In this document: positions 8,964-19,716 of the stretch, piece after piece
How positions within the stretch are numbered: position 1 is the first letter of the stretch
How the letters are laid out: each line of letters opens with the position of its first letter
Assembly (NCBI GenBank): GCA_029559475.1
Contig: JAKQBN010000055.1
Span: 7,089 to 71,088 of the forward strand
Direction: 5' to 3'
DNA: 64,000 nt
DNA from: a bacterium
Lineage (GTDB): Bacteria > UBA4055
Translations under genes and position numbers: made by a program
The notes under the pieces: model-generated
What the model was told of the DNA's origin: nothing
The model's input: the letters and a program-made list of their open reading frames with translations, nothing else
Database searches by the model: none

Positions 8964-10163
8964 ATTAATGAAAACATACTTCAAGAAGCAAAACAGGCAC
9001 TGCATATTGTCCGCATAACCGTTCCGTATCTTGCCGAACTTGCCGATGCTGTAGAACTTATACCGGATGACAGGATCGAAACCGCAGGTATATTTGCTTC
9101 GGGAAGGCTGATATTTAATCCTGAGTGGTTTGCAAAACTTTCATTAAGAGACAGATCGTTTGTCATTGCGCATGAAATTATGCATCTCGCGCTTAGAACT
9201 CATCACCGGACACTCATTCAGGACAGAGAACTGTTTAATATCACACATGATTTTATAATTAATGAATATCTAAAAGAGTCGTTTGGTCTGACTGAAACTC
9301 CGGCGGACGGCCTTGACTGGCAGACTGAATTCGGACGATATTACGATATAAAAGACAAACCGGCAGAAGAACTTATGAAGTTTATAAAAGACTCTTTCGG
9401 TAAGGAGCTTGATCGAAAAAGGATATACAGGCTGGTTTGCGATGTGTTTTCTGATGAGCTGGAATTAAAATTATTTCCCGGTCTGTCAATTCAAGATCTA
9501 ACTGCAAGAAAAGCAGACATAAATAGCAGATCGTTCAAGGCTATCAGCACCAAACTCATAATTGATAAAGCTGATTTAATCTTCGGAAAGGGTACAACTA
9601 CCGGCGATAATTCAAGTACTTATGATATGATTAGATCATTATATAAACCGCCGTGGGAGGCGGCTTTACAGAGCTGGATTGATTTCGCCATTCGGACAGG
9701 CCATACCTATTCACGCCCGAGCCGAAGAGGACAGAGCGCAGATTATGTTTTGCCCGGATATAAAAGGGAAGGCCATACACTGCATATTCTTGTTGACACA
9801 AGCGGTTCAATGTCAGGCGCACTAGGAATAGTACTGGGCGTAATAGCATCTTTCTGTGATGATCTGCAGGTTGAAAACATTCACATAATTCAATGTGATG
9901 CAGGTGTAAGCGACGACAACTGGTTTACGCCAGATCAATTAAACAGATTTAAGGTAAAAGGGCTCGGAGGAAGCGATATGTCTCCCGGAATGTATCGCCT
10001 GCAAAATGACCCTGAAGTCCAATATGCCCTGATAATTACCGACGGTTATATTGATTATCCGACGATCTCTATGCCATATCAGGTTCTCTGGGTATTGACG
10101 GAACAAAATTGCAGCTTTAAACCGGATTACGGTCAAATCATCAGTTTGCCTGCGTTGAAATAA
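8964..10163 (+). CDS. putative metallopeptidase (DUF2201_N-like, HExxH) + VWA domain protein; start codon unresolved
   Basis: The frame is open from 8931. Translation gives ...PYLAELA...FNPEWF...FVIAHEIMHLALRTHH (HExxH) and a C-terminal VWA MIDAS motif LVDTSGSMSG. No in-frame ATG/GTG/TTG occurs before 9180. The start here is set at ATT 8964 as a placeholder (see finding). Confidence 0.7.
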   Translation: MNENILQEAKQALHIVRITVPYLAELADAVELIPDDRIETAGIFASGRLIFNPEWFAKLSLRDRSFVIAHEIMHLALRTHHRTLIQDRELFNITHDFIINEYLKESFGLTETPADGLDWQTEFGRYYDIKDKPAEELMKFIKDSFGKELDRKRIYRLVCDVFSDELELKLFPGLSIQDLTARKADINSRSFKAISTKLIIDKADLIFGKGTTTGDNSSTYDMIRSLYKPPWEAALQSWIDFAIRTGHTYSRPSRRGQSADYVLPGYKREGHTLHILVDTSGSMSGALGIVLGVIASFCDDLQVENIHIIQCDAGVSDDNWFTPDQLNRFKVKGLGGSDMSPGMYRLQNDPEVQYALIITDGYIDYPTISMPYQVLWVLTEQNCSFKPDYGQIISLPALK

Positions 10164-10166
10164 TTG

Positions 10167-10292
10167 ATGTTGGTGATGACGGCACTGTTCTTCTGCACAG
10201 GCGTTTATGCGTGGAGTTATATCAAGGATTATTCGTCGGGCAAGCGGTTGTATGAGTTCGACGGCGAGTATATCAAAGACTATTCGTCATAA
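10167..10292 (+). CDS. 41-aa ORF with internal YIKDYSS repeat (possible 4-fold beta-flower-like fragment)
   Basis: MLVMTALFFCTGVYAWSYIKDYSSGKRLYEFDGEYIKDYSS. Hydrophobic N-terminus, and YIKDYSS occurs twice. Too short to be confident. Confidence 0.25.
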   Translation: MLVMTALFFCTGVYAWSYIKDYSSGKRLYEFDGEYIKDYSS

Positions 10293-10439
10293 TTCCCAGA
10301 GTTATCGTCGCGCTGATCGTGCTGCAGGGATTGTAAGCTACTCATTAAATTTCAGATAAAAAATATCATATTTAGATAAGAGTGTCATTAGATGAACGTC
10401 ATCGTTTCGTATATTGCGGGTAAGTAAGCGGAGATTTTT

Positions 10440-11333
10440 ATGAATACGCATGAATTAGAAAAGTTTGATGAAGATATCATCAGGGACAAGATCTATTCGA
10501 TCCGGGGATTTCAGGTAATGCTGGATTCTGATCTGGCAGAATTGTATGGTGTTGGGACTAAGATACTTAATAAAGCAGTGAAAAGAAATAGCGCTAGATT
10601 CCCTGCGGAATTTATGATGAAATTAACTCAGGATGAATACGAATGTATTTCAAACTTGAGGTTCCAAAATGGAACCTCAAGTTGGGGTGGTACAAGATAT
10701 CTTCCTTTTGTTTTCACTGAGCAGGGAGTTGCAATGCTCGCAGGAATTTTAACTAGTGAGACAGCTATAATAATCAGTATTAAGATTATCAAAGCTTTTG
10801 TCGAGATGCGTAAATTCATTCAATCAAATGCGCAGGTGTTTCAAAGACTTGATAGAGTAGAAATCAAGCTGATAGAAAATGATGTTAAATTCGATAAATT
10901 GTTTACCGCTCTTGAGAATAAAAAATTCCAGCCTAAGCAGGGAATATTTTATGACGGGCAGGTTTTCGATGCGTATAAGTTCGTGTCAGACCTGTTCAGG
11001 AGCACGAAAAGTTCCATTCTTATAATAGATAATTATATTGACGATTCGGTTCTGATTCATCTGACAGTGGTTTCAAAAAGCGTAAAGGTTAAGATACTCA
11101 CGAAATCTATATCGGATAAGCTTGTTTTGGATATAAAAAAGTTCAGCGAACAGTATTATCCTATTGAGGCTAAAGTATTCACTCTCGCGCATGATAGGTT
11201 CATTATTATTGACGATAAAGATGTTTATCACTTTGGAGCATCATTGAAAGACTTGGGAAAAAAATGGTTCGTGTTCTCGAAGATAGAGAAGTCTGATATG
11301 GAATTATTAAGCAGGCTGGAGAAAGTGAAATAA
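10440..11333 (+). CDS. ORF6N (KilA-N-like) domain DNA-binding protein
   Basis: IYSIRGFQVMLDSDLAELYGVGTKILNKAVKRNSARFPAEFMMKLT is the classic ORF6N signature. Confidence 0.8.
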   Translation: MNTHELEKFDEDIIRDKIYSIRGFQVMLDSDLAELYGVGTKILNKAVKRNSARFPAEFMMKLTQDEYECISNLRFQNGTSSWGGTRYLPFVFTEQGVAMLAGILTSETAIIISIKIIKAFVEMRKFIQSNAQVFQRLDRVEIKLIENDVKFDKLFTALENKKFQPKQGIFYDGQVFDAYKFVSDLFRSTKSSILIIDNYIDDSVLIHLTVVSKSVKVKILTKSISDKLVLDIKKFSEQYYPIEAKVFTLAHDRFIIIDDKDVYHFGASLKDLGKKWFVFSKIEKSDMELLSRLEKVK

Positions 11334-11345
11334 TTTTTATCCAAG

Positions 11346-11417
11346 CGCCATTATTTGGCGTTGTTCCAATGTTATATTCCGGATATGAATGTTAAACTCA
11401 GAAAAAGGAGAAAAAAT
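11346..11417 (+). promoter_or_regulatory. conserved leader copy B (same hairpin + tatatt box + RBS)
   Basis: Carries the 17-mer identical to 7264-7280 and collinear downstream blocks. It ends in aggag RBS + ATG 11418. The ORF-track start at 11355 falls inside this element. Confidence 0.5.
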
Positions 11418-13064
11418 ATGAAGGGACCGGTACACATAAAACTGATAGAAATAGCATCTGATGAGATGAACCTGACGAGACAGGTAAATACGGACGAGAT
11501 AAAAATGCTTATGAACGATTACGGTCTTACGAACAGCGAGGCCGTAATTTTCGCTTTTCTTTTAAAATATTCCATGGAAAGAACTCACCTCGAACTTGAA
11601 AAATTCGACAATCAGATCGTACGCAAAGGCGATGAAAATTATATAAGAATATACAGAGACCTTAAAAGCATGCAGAAGAAAGGTGTCATCGCGTTGAACG
11701 CGGAAGGCAGAAGGAGAAGGGGGGACGACCTTTTTAATCCCGCTATATCAATAGATGAAGCCGTTTTTTCAAGATTAGTCCTCGGAGAGGATATGTTCGC
11801 CGATACCGATTTTTCCTGCCCGTACTCTATACTCGAAACCGCGGATGAAGTAATAGACTCTAGGCTGGCTGAAAAGATATCCGGCGAGCAGTTCGAAAAA
11901 AGGATCGATATGCTAATGTCCAAAGCCGATCATAGCCTTGAATTAGTAAAAGTCCTGAAAAAATATGAAATAATAGAAAAAGCGCTGATCTTCAGAGCCT
12001 GCCTGAACGAAATAAAAGGCGACAGCGACGATACGATCAACGGATTCATATCAAATTTCGTATCATCCCTTTCGGAATCCGGAAGGATAATGAAGAAAAT
12101 ATATGAAAAGCGTATGAAATGCTTTAACGACAAGGTACTTGAGCTTAAAGACGGCCGCGGGATATTCGGGCTTATGGGTAATCCGGTTTTCATTATAACG
12201 GAAAAATATTTCGAGAAGATGTTCGATACGAAAACAAAGATCAAGATAAAAGAATTCACTCCGCGCTATACAGAACTTGTTAAGCACAAGGATATGAAAA
12301 AAGAACTTTTTTTCGAGCCGGGATTGAAAAAGGAAATAGATACGATCGCTTCCGCGCTCGAAGCAAAAAGATTTAAAGAAGTCTCGAAAAAGCTTAAAAG
12401 CAACGGGTTCCCTCAGGGTATAGTATCTATATTATACGGGTATCCCGGTACAGGGAAGACAGCGAGCGTTCACGAGATCGCAAGAGTTACGGGACGCAAC
12501 ATACTTCAGGTCGATATATCGAACATAAAGGATATGTACGTCGGCGAAAGCGAAAAGAGACTGAAGGATGTTTTTAAGGAATACAAAAAAGCGAAGAACA
12601 TTTTTAAAAAAGCTCCTATCCTTCTTTTCAACGAGGCTGACGCCATAATAGGTAAAAGGATCAATGTGTCCGACAGCGTGGACCAGATGTATAACAATAT
12701 GCAGAACATAATTTTGGAGGAGCTTGAAAAATTCGAGGGTATATTCTTCGCCACGACTAACATGATAAACAACATAGATGACGCTTTCGACAGAAGATTT
12801 TTATTCAAGGTGGAATTCGGAAAACCTTCACCCGAGATCAGAAAAAGGATATGGTCGTCCAAAATGAAAGATATTCCTGAGGAGTGGACAGATATCCTTT
12901 CGGTCTATGAGCTTACCGGAGGCCAAATAGACAACATAGTAAGAAAATACATGATCGACAGCGTGTTGAAAGATGTAAAAGGTATCGACGGGCTCAAAAA
13001 GTTTTGTTATGCGGAAACTGCTTTTAAAAAGGAAGGAACCCGCATTATCGGTTTCGGAAGATAA
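11418..13064 (+). CDS. AAA+ ATPase (classic AAA clade) with ~330-aa N-terminal non-ATPase region
   Basis: Walker A GYPGTGKT, Walker B ILLFNEAD, sensor-1 FFATTN, Arg-finger region DDAFDRRF. The start was moved to MKGPV (aggag 7 nt upstream). Confidence 0.8.
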   Translation: MKGPVHIKLIEIASDEMNLTRQVNTDEIKMLMNDYGLTNSEAVIFAFLLKYSMERTHLELEKFDNQIVRKGDENYIRIYRDLKSMQKKGVIALNAEGRRRRGDDLFNPAISIDEAVFSRLVLGEDMFADTDFSCPYSILETADEVIDSRLAEKISGEQFEKRIDMLMSKADHSLELVKVLKKYEIIEKALIFRACLNEIKGDSDDTINGFISNFVSSLSESGRIMKKIYEKRMKCFNDKVLELKDGRGIFGLMGNPVFIITEKYFEKMFDTKTKIKIKEFTPRYTELVKHKDMKKELFFEPGLKKEIDTIASALEAKRFKEVSKKLKSNGFPQGIVSILYGYPGTGKTASVHEIARVTGRNILQVDISNIKDMYVGESEKRLKDVFKEYKKAKNIFKKAPILLFNEADAIIGKRINVSDSVDQMYNNMQNIILEELEKFEGIFFATTNMINNIDDAFDRRFLFKVEFGKPSPEIRKRIWSSKMKDIPEEWTDILSVYELTGGQIDNIVRKYMIDSVLKDVKGIDGLKKFCYAETAFKKEGTRIIGFGR

Positions 13065-13065
13065 G

Positions 13066-13090
13066 AAAAAAGCGGGAATATCCCGCTTTC
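13066..13090. terminator. bidirectional intrinsic terminator between convergent genes
   Basis: Stem agcggga (13071-77) / tcccgct (13081-87), loop ata, flanked by an A-run and a T-run. Confidence 0.6.
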
Positions 13091-13091
13091 T

Positions 13092-14309
13092 TCATCTCTC
13101 TTTGCAGAGGCATGTGCCCTGAGGGACAGAGTTTATCACGAATCCCCTTTTAGCCGAAGCCAGAAATTCTTTATTGCCTATTATCGAAGCCAGCTTTCCG
13201 TCGTGAGAACACAAAAGCACTTTTCCGACATTCGCATTCTGAACATGGAATAAACATTTCGAGTTACCTTCTATTATATTGTTTCTCATCCAGTTCTCGA
13301 ACCTGCTTCTGTTGTTCGGGCCTACGGGAAGGATGATATCGCTTATCACTTTCCAGCCTTTCTGCGGAACTGAAGGCTCGTTATTATCGATAAAAAGATA
13401 CGAATAGTTAAGCTGTCTGTGATCGATCCCGGTTATCCTGTCTATGAAGGTGACGCCTTCAGGGACGTACCATGTGTTCTTGAACCAGCACCAGTCTGTC
13501 CTTTCGCTCTCTGAAGACAACGGGCATTCAAGAGTGTGAAGGCAGGGCGAAAGTACGCGGAACTTCCCGTGCATCTCTTTTAAAAGGGCGTTCCTTAAAG
13601 AACCGAGGGATCTCGAATGAACGTCCTGCCCGGGCTCGATGATAAGGAGGTTCCCTTTCATTACATTGATCAGGGATTCAAGCGTGACCAGCCTGTGTTT
13701 TTCAGGAATCTCGTTAAACACGTTAGCGCACAGTATGATGTCCGCATTTTCGGGAACTTTCAGCGCGGAGCTGTAATTATTATGTTCGATTTCAAGTGAC
13801 GGAAAAGCGGCTTTCAGAAGTTCAAACCCGGCATTGAGCATATTTGACGATCTTTCAACCGACATTATCTTTATCTTCTTTCCGGTCAGATCGATCCCCG
13901 CGAAATCCAGCGAGATCAGAAAGCCGGCGGTCGCGCTCAGCGGTCCCGCTCCAAAATCAAGTATCACAAGTTCGTCCTGACATTTGCAGATATTTTTTAA
14001 AAGATGCGCGTTCTGCCTGTTGGTCAGGATAGCGAAAGTCCTCTGAATGTTCGGCATGTAAAAAGATGATATGTAGGCGGCGACGAATTTCTTTTCATCT
14101 GAATACTTTTTCGTAAATTCGTCCCTGTTCTCATTGAATGACTTCCATAATGTCTTGATCCTGTCCCTGAGCCTGTCGCTCTCAGATCTTTTCTTATCTC
14201 CTTCGAGGGTGGAAAAGTCTTCCGTACCGATTATCATCTTCTGCCAGGATGAATAGAAAGCATTCCAGTCGAAGTGCCTGTATTTCAAATACGAGTTGAA
14301 TGAGCTCAT
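13092..14309 (-). CDS. Rsm22-like SAM-dependent methyltransferase (putative ribosomal small-subunit associated)
   Basis: SAM-binding LDFGAGPLSA. C-terminal Cys/His cluster CLHTLECP...WCWF as in bacterial Rsm22-family proteins. Start set at MSSFNS (aaggaaaacaATG). Confidence 0.6.
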   Translation of the reverse strand: MSSFNSYLKYRHFDWNAFYSSWQKMIIGTEDFSTLEGDKKRSESDRLRDRIKTLWKSFNENRDEFTKKYSDEKKFVAAYISSFYMPNIQRTFAILTNRQNAHLLKNICKCQDELVILDFGAGPLSATAGFLISLDFAGIDLTGKKIKIMSVERSSNMLNAGFELLKAAFPSLEIEHNNYSSALKVPENADIILCANVFNEIPEKHRLVTLESLINVMKGNLLIIEPGQDVHSRSLGSLRNALLKEMHGKFRVLSPCLHTLECPLSSESERTDWCWFKNTWYVPEGVTFIDRITGIDHRQLNYSYLFIDNNEPSVPQKGWKVISDIILPVGPNNRSRFENWMRNNIIEGNSKCLFHVQNANVGKVLLCSHDGKLASIIGNKEFLASAKRGFVINSVPQGTCLCKER

Positions 14310-14398
14310 TGTTTTCCTTTGTTTTAAAATCCGCCCAAATATAACAGAATCTTCAGATAAAAGACAGAAATATTTTTTATTAATTTGTTTTAAATTGC

Positions 14399-14427
14399 TT
14401 GACTTTATGCTCAAAAATTTTTATCAT
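14399..14427 (+). promoter_or_regulatory. sigma70-type promoter for the kdsD-...-hppA operon
   Basis: TTGACT (14399-14404), 17-nt spacer, TATCAT (14422-14427), about 55 nt upstream of ATG 14482. Confidence 0.4.
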
Positions 14428-14481
14428 TCGTCAGAATCATAATTAATCACCAAAATACTACCGGAAGATCCAGGTAAAATC

Positions 14482-15456
14482 ATGAAAAAAATGTCAGAAA
14501 AGAAGATAATTCAATTAGCAAAAAACGTATTTGAGACCGAGATAAAAGAGCTTGTCAGGGTTTCAGAGAAGATAGACGGAAGTTTTTATAAAGCCGTTAA
14601 ACTTATTCTCGAATGTAAAGGAAAATTGATAGTATCCGGAATGGGAAAATCGGGTCTTATCGGCAGAAAGATAGCCGCGACTTTATGTTCGACAGGTACG
14701 CTGGCGATATATATGCATCCGGCTGAAGGGCTTCACGGCGATCTCGGTGTTGCTGAAGATAACGATGTAGTGATAATGATCGGCAAAAGCGGCGAATCGG
14801 ATGAGATAGTTTCTATGCTTCCAGTGCTCAAAAAGATCGGCTGTAAAATAATAGCTATTACCGGAAACATAAATTCCACGCTTGCAAAGAACTCGGATGT
14901 CATACTCAATTCATACGTGGAAAAAGAGGCATGCAGCCTTAATCTCGCACCGACTTCAAGCACGACGGCCGCGCTCGTTATAGGAGATGCCATAGCCGCC
15001 GTACTTTCGCAGCTCAAGAATTTCAAAGAGGAGGATTTCGCTCTTTTCCATCCGGGCGGAACCTTAGGCAAAAGGCTTCTTTTAAAAGTCTCGGATTTCG
15101 TTCATCCTCTGTCTGAAACTGCAGTTTGCACAGAAGATACAAAATTCAGGGATGTTCTTATCAGAATGAGCGAAAGAAATCTCGGAGCCGCTTTAATAAT
15201 CGAAGACGGGAAACTTAAGGGAATAATCAGTGATGGCGATATAAAAAGGATACTTACAAAATTCACAAACGCGGATAACCTTACCGCCAAAGAGATGATG
15301 ACTCCTAATCCCAAGACGATCGAGTATGATATGATGGCGTATGATGCGTTGAAGATCATGAGATCGAGCGGAAGTTTCAGCGTAATGCCCGTTCTTCAGA
15401 ATGACGGACCCGCAGGCCTGATCAAACTTCACGACCTGCTGAAATCAGGTTTATAA
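14482..15456 (+). CDS. kdsD: KpsF/GutQ-family arabinose-5-phosphate isomerase (SIS + tandem CBS)
   Basis: SIS motif VSGMGKSGLIGRKIAATL...GESDE, then two CBS-like repeats at the C-terminus. Confidence 0.85.
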   Translation: MKKMSEKKIIQLAKNVFETEIKELVRVSEKIDGSFYKAVKLILECKGKLIVSGMGKSGLIGRKIAATLCSTGTLAIYMHPAEGLHGDLGVAEDNDVVIMIGKSGESDEIVSMLPVLKKIGCKIIAITGNINSTLAKNSDVILNSYVEKEACSLNLAPTSSTTAALVIGDAIAAVLSQLKNFKEEDFALFHPGGTLGKRLLLKVSDFVHPLSETAVCTEDTKFRDVLIRMSERNLGAALIIEDGKLKGIISDGDIKRILTKFTNADNLTAKEMMTPNPKTIEYDMMAYDALKIMRSSGSFSVMPVLQNDGPAGLIKLHDLLKSGL

Positions 15457-15469
15457 TCATAAAACGATA

Positions 15470-18076
15470 ATGAAAAAAGACAACTCAGACAGCCTTACCC
15501 CGATGATGAAACAATACCAGGAAATAAAAAGCAGAAATCCTGAACATATTTTATTTTACAGGCTGGGTGACTTCTATGAGATGTTTTTTGATGATGCAAA
15601 GACCGCAAGTAAAGTTCTGAACCTTACGCTTACCACCCGGGGTAAACATCTCGGCATAGAAATACCTCTGGCAGGTTTTCCTCACCATCAGATAAACAAT
15701 TACCTTTCTAAAATGATCAGGGCGGGCTATAAGGTCGCGGTCTGCGATCAGGCCGAGAACCCGAAATACGCAAAAGGGATCGTAAAAAGGGAGATAACAG
15801 ACATCGTTACCGCAGGAACCGCGCTTTCGGATGAAATGATCCGGGGCGATTCCAATAATTATATCGTATGCGTATTCACCGATGAAAAACACGGAACCGG
15901 ATTCGCGGCGGCGGATATTTCTACCGGAGAATTCACCGCATACAGCCCCGAAACAGCGGCAGAACTTAAAGAGACGGTATCTCTTTTCGATCCTTCGGAA
16001 ATACTTATTCCTTCAACCTGGTCGGAGATCGTTTTCGACGACAAAAGGACGCTGACAAAGATTGAAGACTATAAATTCTGCGGAACTGCGGCATCGGAAA
16101 AGCTCAAAGAATATTTTAAAATATCATCGGTCTCTTCACTCGGATTTACAGATGATGAGCCGGCAGTTATATGCGCCGGAGTACTTCTGGAATATCTGTC
16201 TGAAAATCTCAAATCGGGATTTTCCCATCTTGAAAAACCGAAAAAATACAGCGATAAGAATATCTGCGCGATAGATTACAGGACGAGAAAGAACCTTGAG
16301 ATCCTGGAGCCTGTAAATTCAGACGGCGACAAAAACGCCACTCTTTACGGCGTAATGAACAGGACGAAAACTCCTATGGGCGCAAGGCTTTTACGAAAAT
16401 GGCTGACAATGCCGTTAAGAGACAAAGAAGAGATAAACAAAAGACTGGAGATAACGGAAAAGCTGCTTTTAGAGACCGCCAGGAGAAGAAAGATAACTTC
16501 TATCTTATCGGATATGGCGGATATAGAAAGGCTTTCCGGAAAGATCAGCGCGAAAAAGATCAGGCCGGATGAGCTTTTAAGGCTTAAAAACTCGTTGAAT
16601 CTGCTGCCTGAAATAGCAGAACAGCTGAAAGGAACGGGATCTGAATTTATTGACGGGCTTATTTCAGATTTAGCGCCTGATGAAGGAATTATCAGCCTGA
16701 TCGACAATTCGATAAACGAGCCTGAAGGAATAGGCATAAAAGAGAAAAGGTTCATAAAAAAAGGCAGATCGAAAGAGCTTGATGAGCTTTACGATATAAT
16801 GGATAACGGAAAAGATAAGATCCTCGCCCTGTCCGATACTATCAAAAGCGAACTGAACATACCGACCTTAAGAACCGGCTACAACAAGGTATTCGGTTAT
16901 TATTTCGAGGTAACGAAAAAGTATTCGGAAATGATACCTGCGGGATTTATCAGAAAGCAGACTCTTGTAAATACGGAAAGGTTCATAAATCAGGAACTGA
17001 AGGAGTTCGAGGAGAAGATATTAAACGCGGACGAAAAGATAGAAGAGCTCGAAAAGGAAGTTTACGCCGGAGTTCTTAAAGAGGCTGAAAAGCACATTGA
17101 AAGCATAAAGCGAAATTCAGCCGTCATAGCCCGTCTCGACTGTTTAAATTCGTTCGCCGCATCGGCGGAGGCCGAAGGCTACATAAGGCCTGTCTTTACG
17201 GACAAGAACGAGATCATTATAAAGAACGGCAGGCATCCGGTAGTGGAGAAGATGCTGAAGCACGGGCAGGATTTTATACCTAACGACCTTACGGTAACTG
17301 AAGACAGGAACCTGCTTATAATAACCGGACCGAACATGTCCGGAAAATCGACATTTTTGAGGCAGACCGCGCTTATAGTCATAATGGCGCAGGCGGGAAG
17401 CTTCGTTCCAGCAGATAATGCCGTTATAGGCATGACGGACAGGATATTCACGCGGGTCGGAGCTTCAGACAACCTGAGCGGAGGAGAAAGCACGTTCCTC
17501 GTAGAAATGAACGAAACGGCCAATATCCTGAACAACGCTACAAAGGACAGCCTGATAATCTTCGACGAGGTCGGCAGAGGGACAGCCACTTTCGACGGAC
17601 TGAGCCTGGCCTGGGCGATACTAGAGTACATTCACGATGAACCGCGTCTGATGTCAAGAACACTTTTCGCGACCCATTATCACGAGCTGACCGACATCGA
17701 AAGGATCTGCCCGAGAGCTAAAAATTTCCATGCCAGCGTAAGAGAGCATAAAGACGAAGTGATATTTATGCGCAAGATCATCGAGGGCGGCGCGGACAAC
17801 AGCTACGGAATTTATGTGGCCAAGCTGGCGGGAATACCGGAAAAAGTCCTTTCGAGGGCGAAAGTCATACTCGGGAATCTCGAGGAGAACGAACTTACTC
17901 CCGATTCGAAACCGGTTATCGCGAAAGACAGGGATAAAAAGATCGTTGCTGACCAGCTGAGCCTGTTCATCTTCGATAATGATGGATTAAGGGAAAGACT
18001 GAGAGAGACCGATCTCAACAACATCACGCCGCTGCAGGCTTTCGACAAGCTGAAAGAACTGAAAGAAATGATTTAA
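15470..18076 (+). CDS. mutS: DNA mismatch repair protein MutS
   Basis: TPMMKQY...FYRLGDFYEMFFDDA N-terminus, Walker A GPNMSGKST, STFLVEM, DEVGRGT. Confidence 0.95.
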   Translation: MKKDNSDSLTPMMKQYQEIKSRNPEHILFYRLGDFYEMFFDDAKTASKVLNLTLTTRGKHLGIEIPLAGFPHHQINNYLSKMIRAGYKVAVCDQAENPKYAKGIVKREITDIVTAGTALSDEMIRGDSNNYIVCVFTDEKHGTGFAAADISTGEFTAYSPETAAELKETVSLFDPSEILIPSTWSEIVFDDKRTLTKIEDYKFCGTAASEKLKEYFKISSVSSLGFTDDEPAVICAGVLLEYLSENLKSGFSHLEKPKKYSDKNICAIDYRTRKNLEILEPVNSDGDKNATLYGVMNRTKTPMGARLLRKWLTMPLRDKEEINKRLEITEKLLLETARRRKITSILSDMADIERLSGKISAKKIRPDELLRLKNSLNLLPEIAEQLKGTGSEFIDGLISDLAPDEGIISLIDNSINEPEGIGIKEKRFIKKGRSKELDELYDIMDNGKDKILALSDTIKSELNIPTLRTGYNKVFGYYFEVTKKYSEMIPAGFIRKQTLVNTERFINQELKEFEEKILNADEKIEELEKEVYAGVLKEAEKHIESIKRNSAVIARLDCLNSFAASAEAEGYIRPVFTDKNEIIIKNGRHPVVEKMLKHGQDFIPNDLTVTEDRNLLIITGPNMSGKSTFLRQTALIVIMAQAGSFVPADNAVIGMTDRIFTRVGASDNLSGGESTFLVEMNETANILNNATKDSLIIFDEVGRGTATFDGLSLAWAILEYIHDEPRLMSRTLFATHYHELTDIERICPRAKNFHASVREHKDEVIFMRKIIEGGADNSYGIYVAKLAGIPEKVLSRAKVILGNLEENELTPDSKPVIAKDRDKKIVADQLSLFIFDNDGLRERLRETDLNNITPLQAFDKLKELKEMI

Positions 18077-18085
18077 ATAAATTAA

Positions 18086-19714
<1,629 letters not shown>

Positions 19715-19716
19715 GC

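Noticed and set aside
11203-11216. 14-mer ttattattgacgat shared between the ORF6N coding sequence and repeat N1
   Set aside because: It is a low-complexity AT-rich string encoding IIIDD within a well-supported gene. The flanks are unrelated.
11355-11417. ORF-track start (MALFQCYIPDMNVKL...) for the AAA+ ATPase
   Set aside because: This stretch is the conserved non-coding leader also found at 7264-7339. ATG 11418 has a proper aggag RBS.
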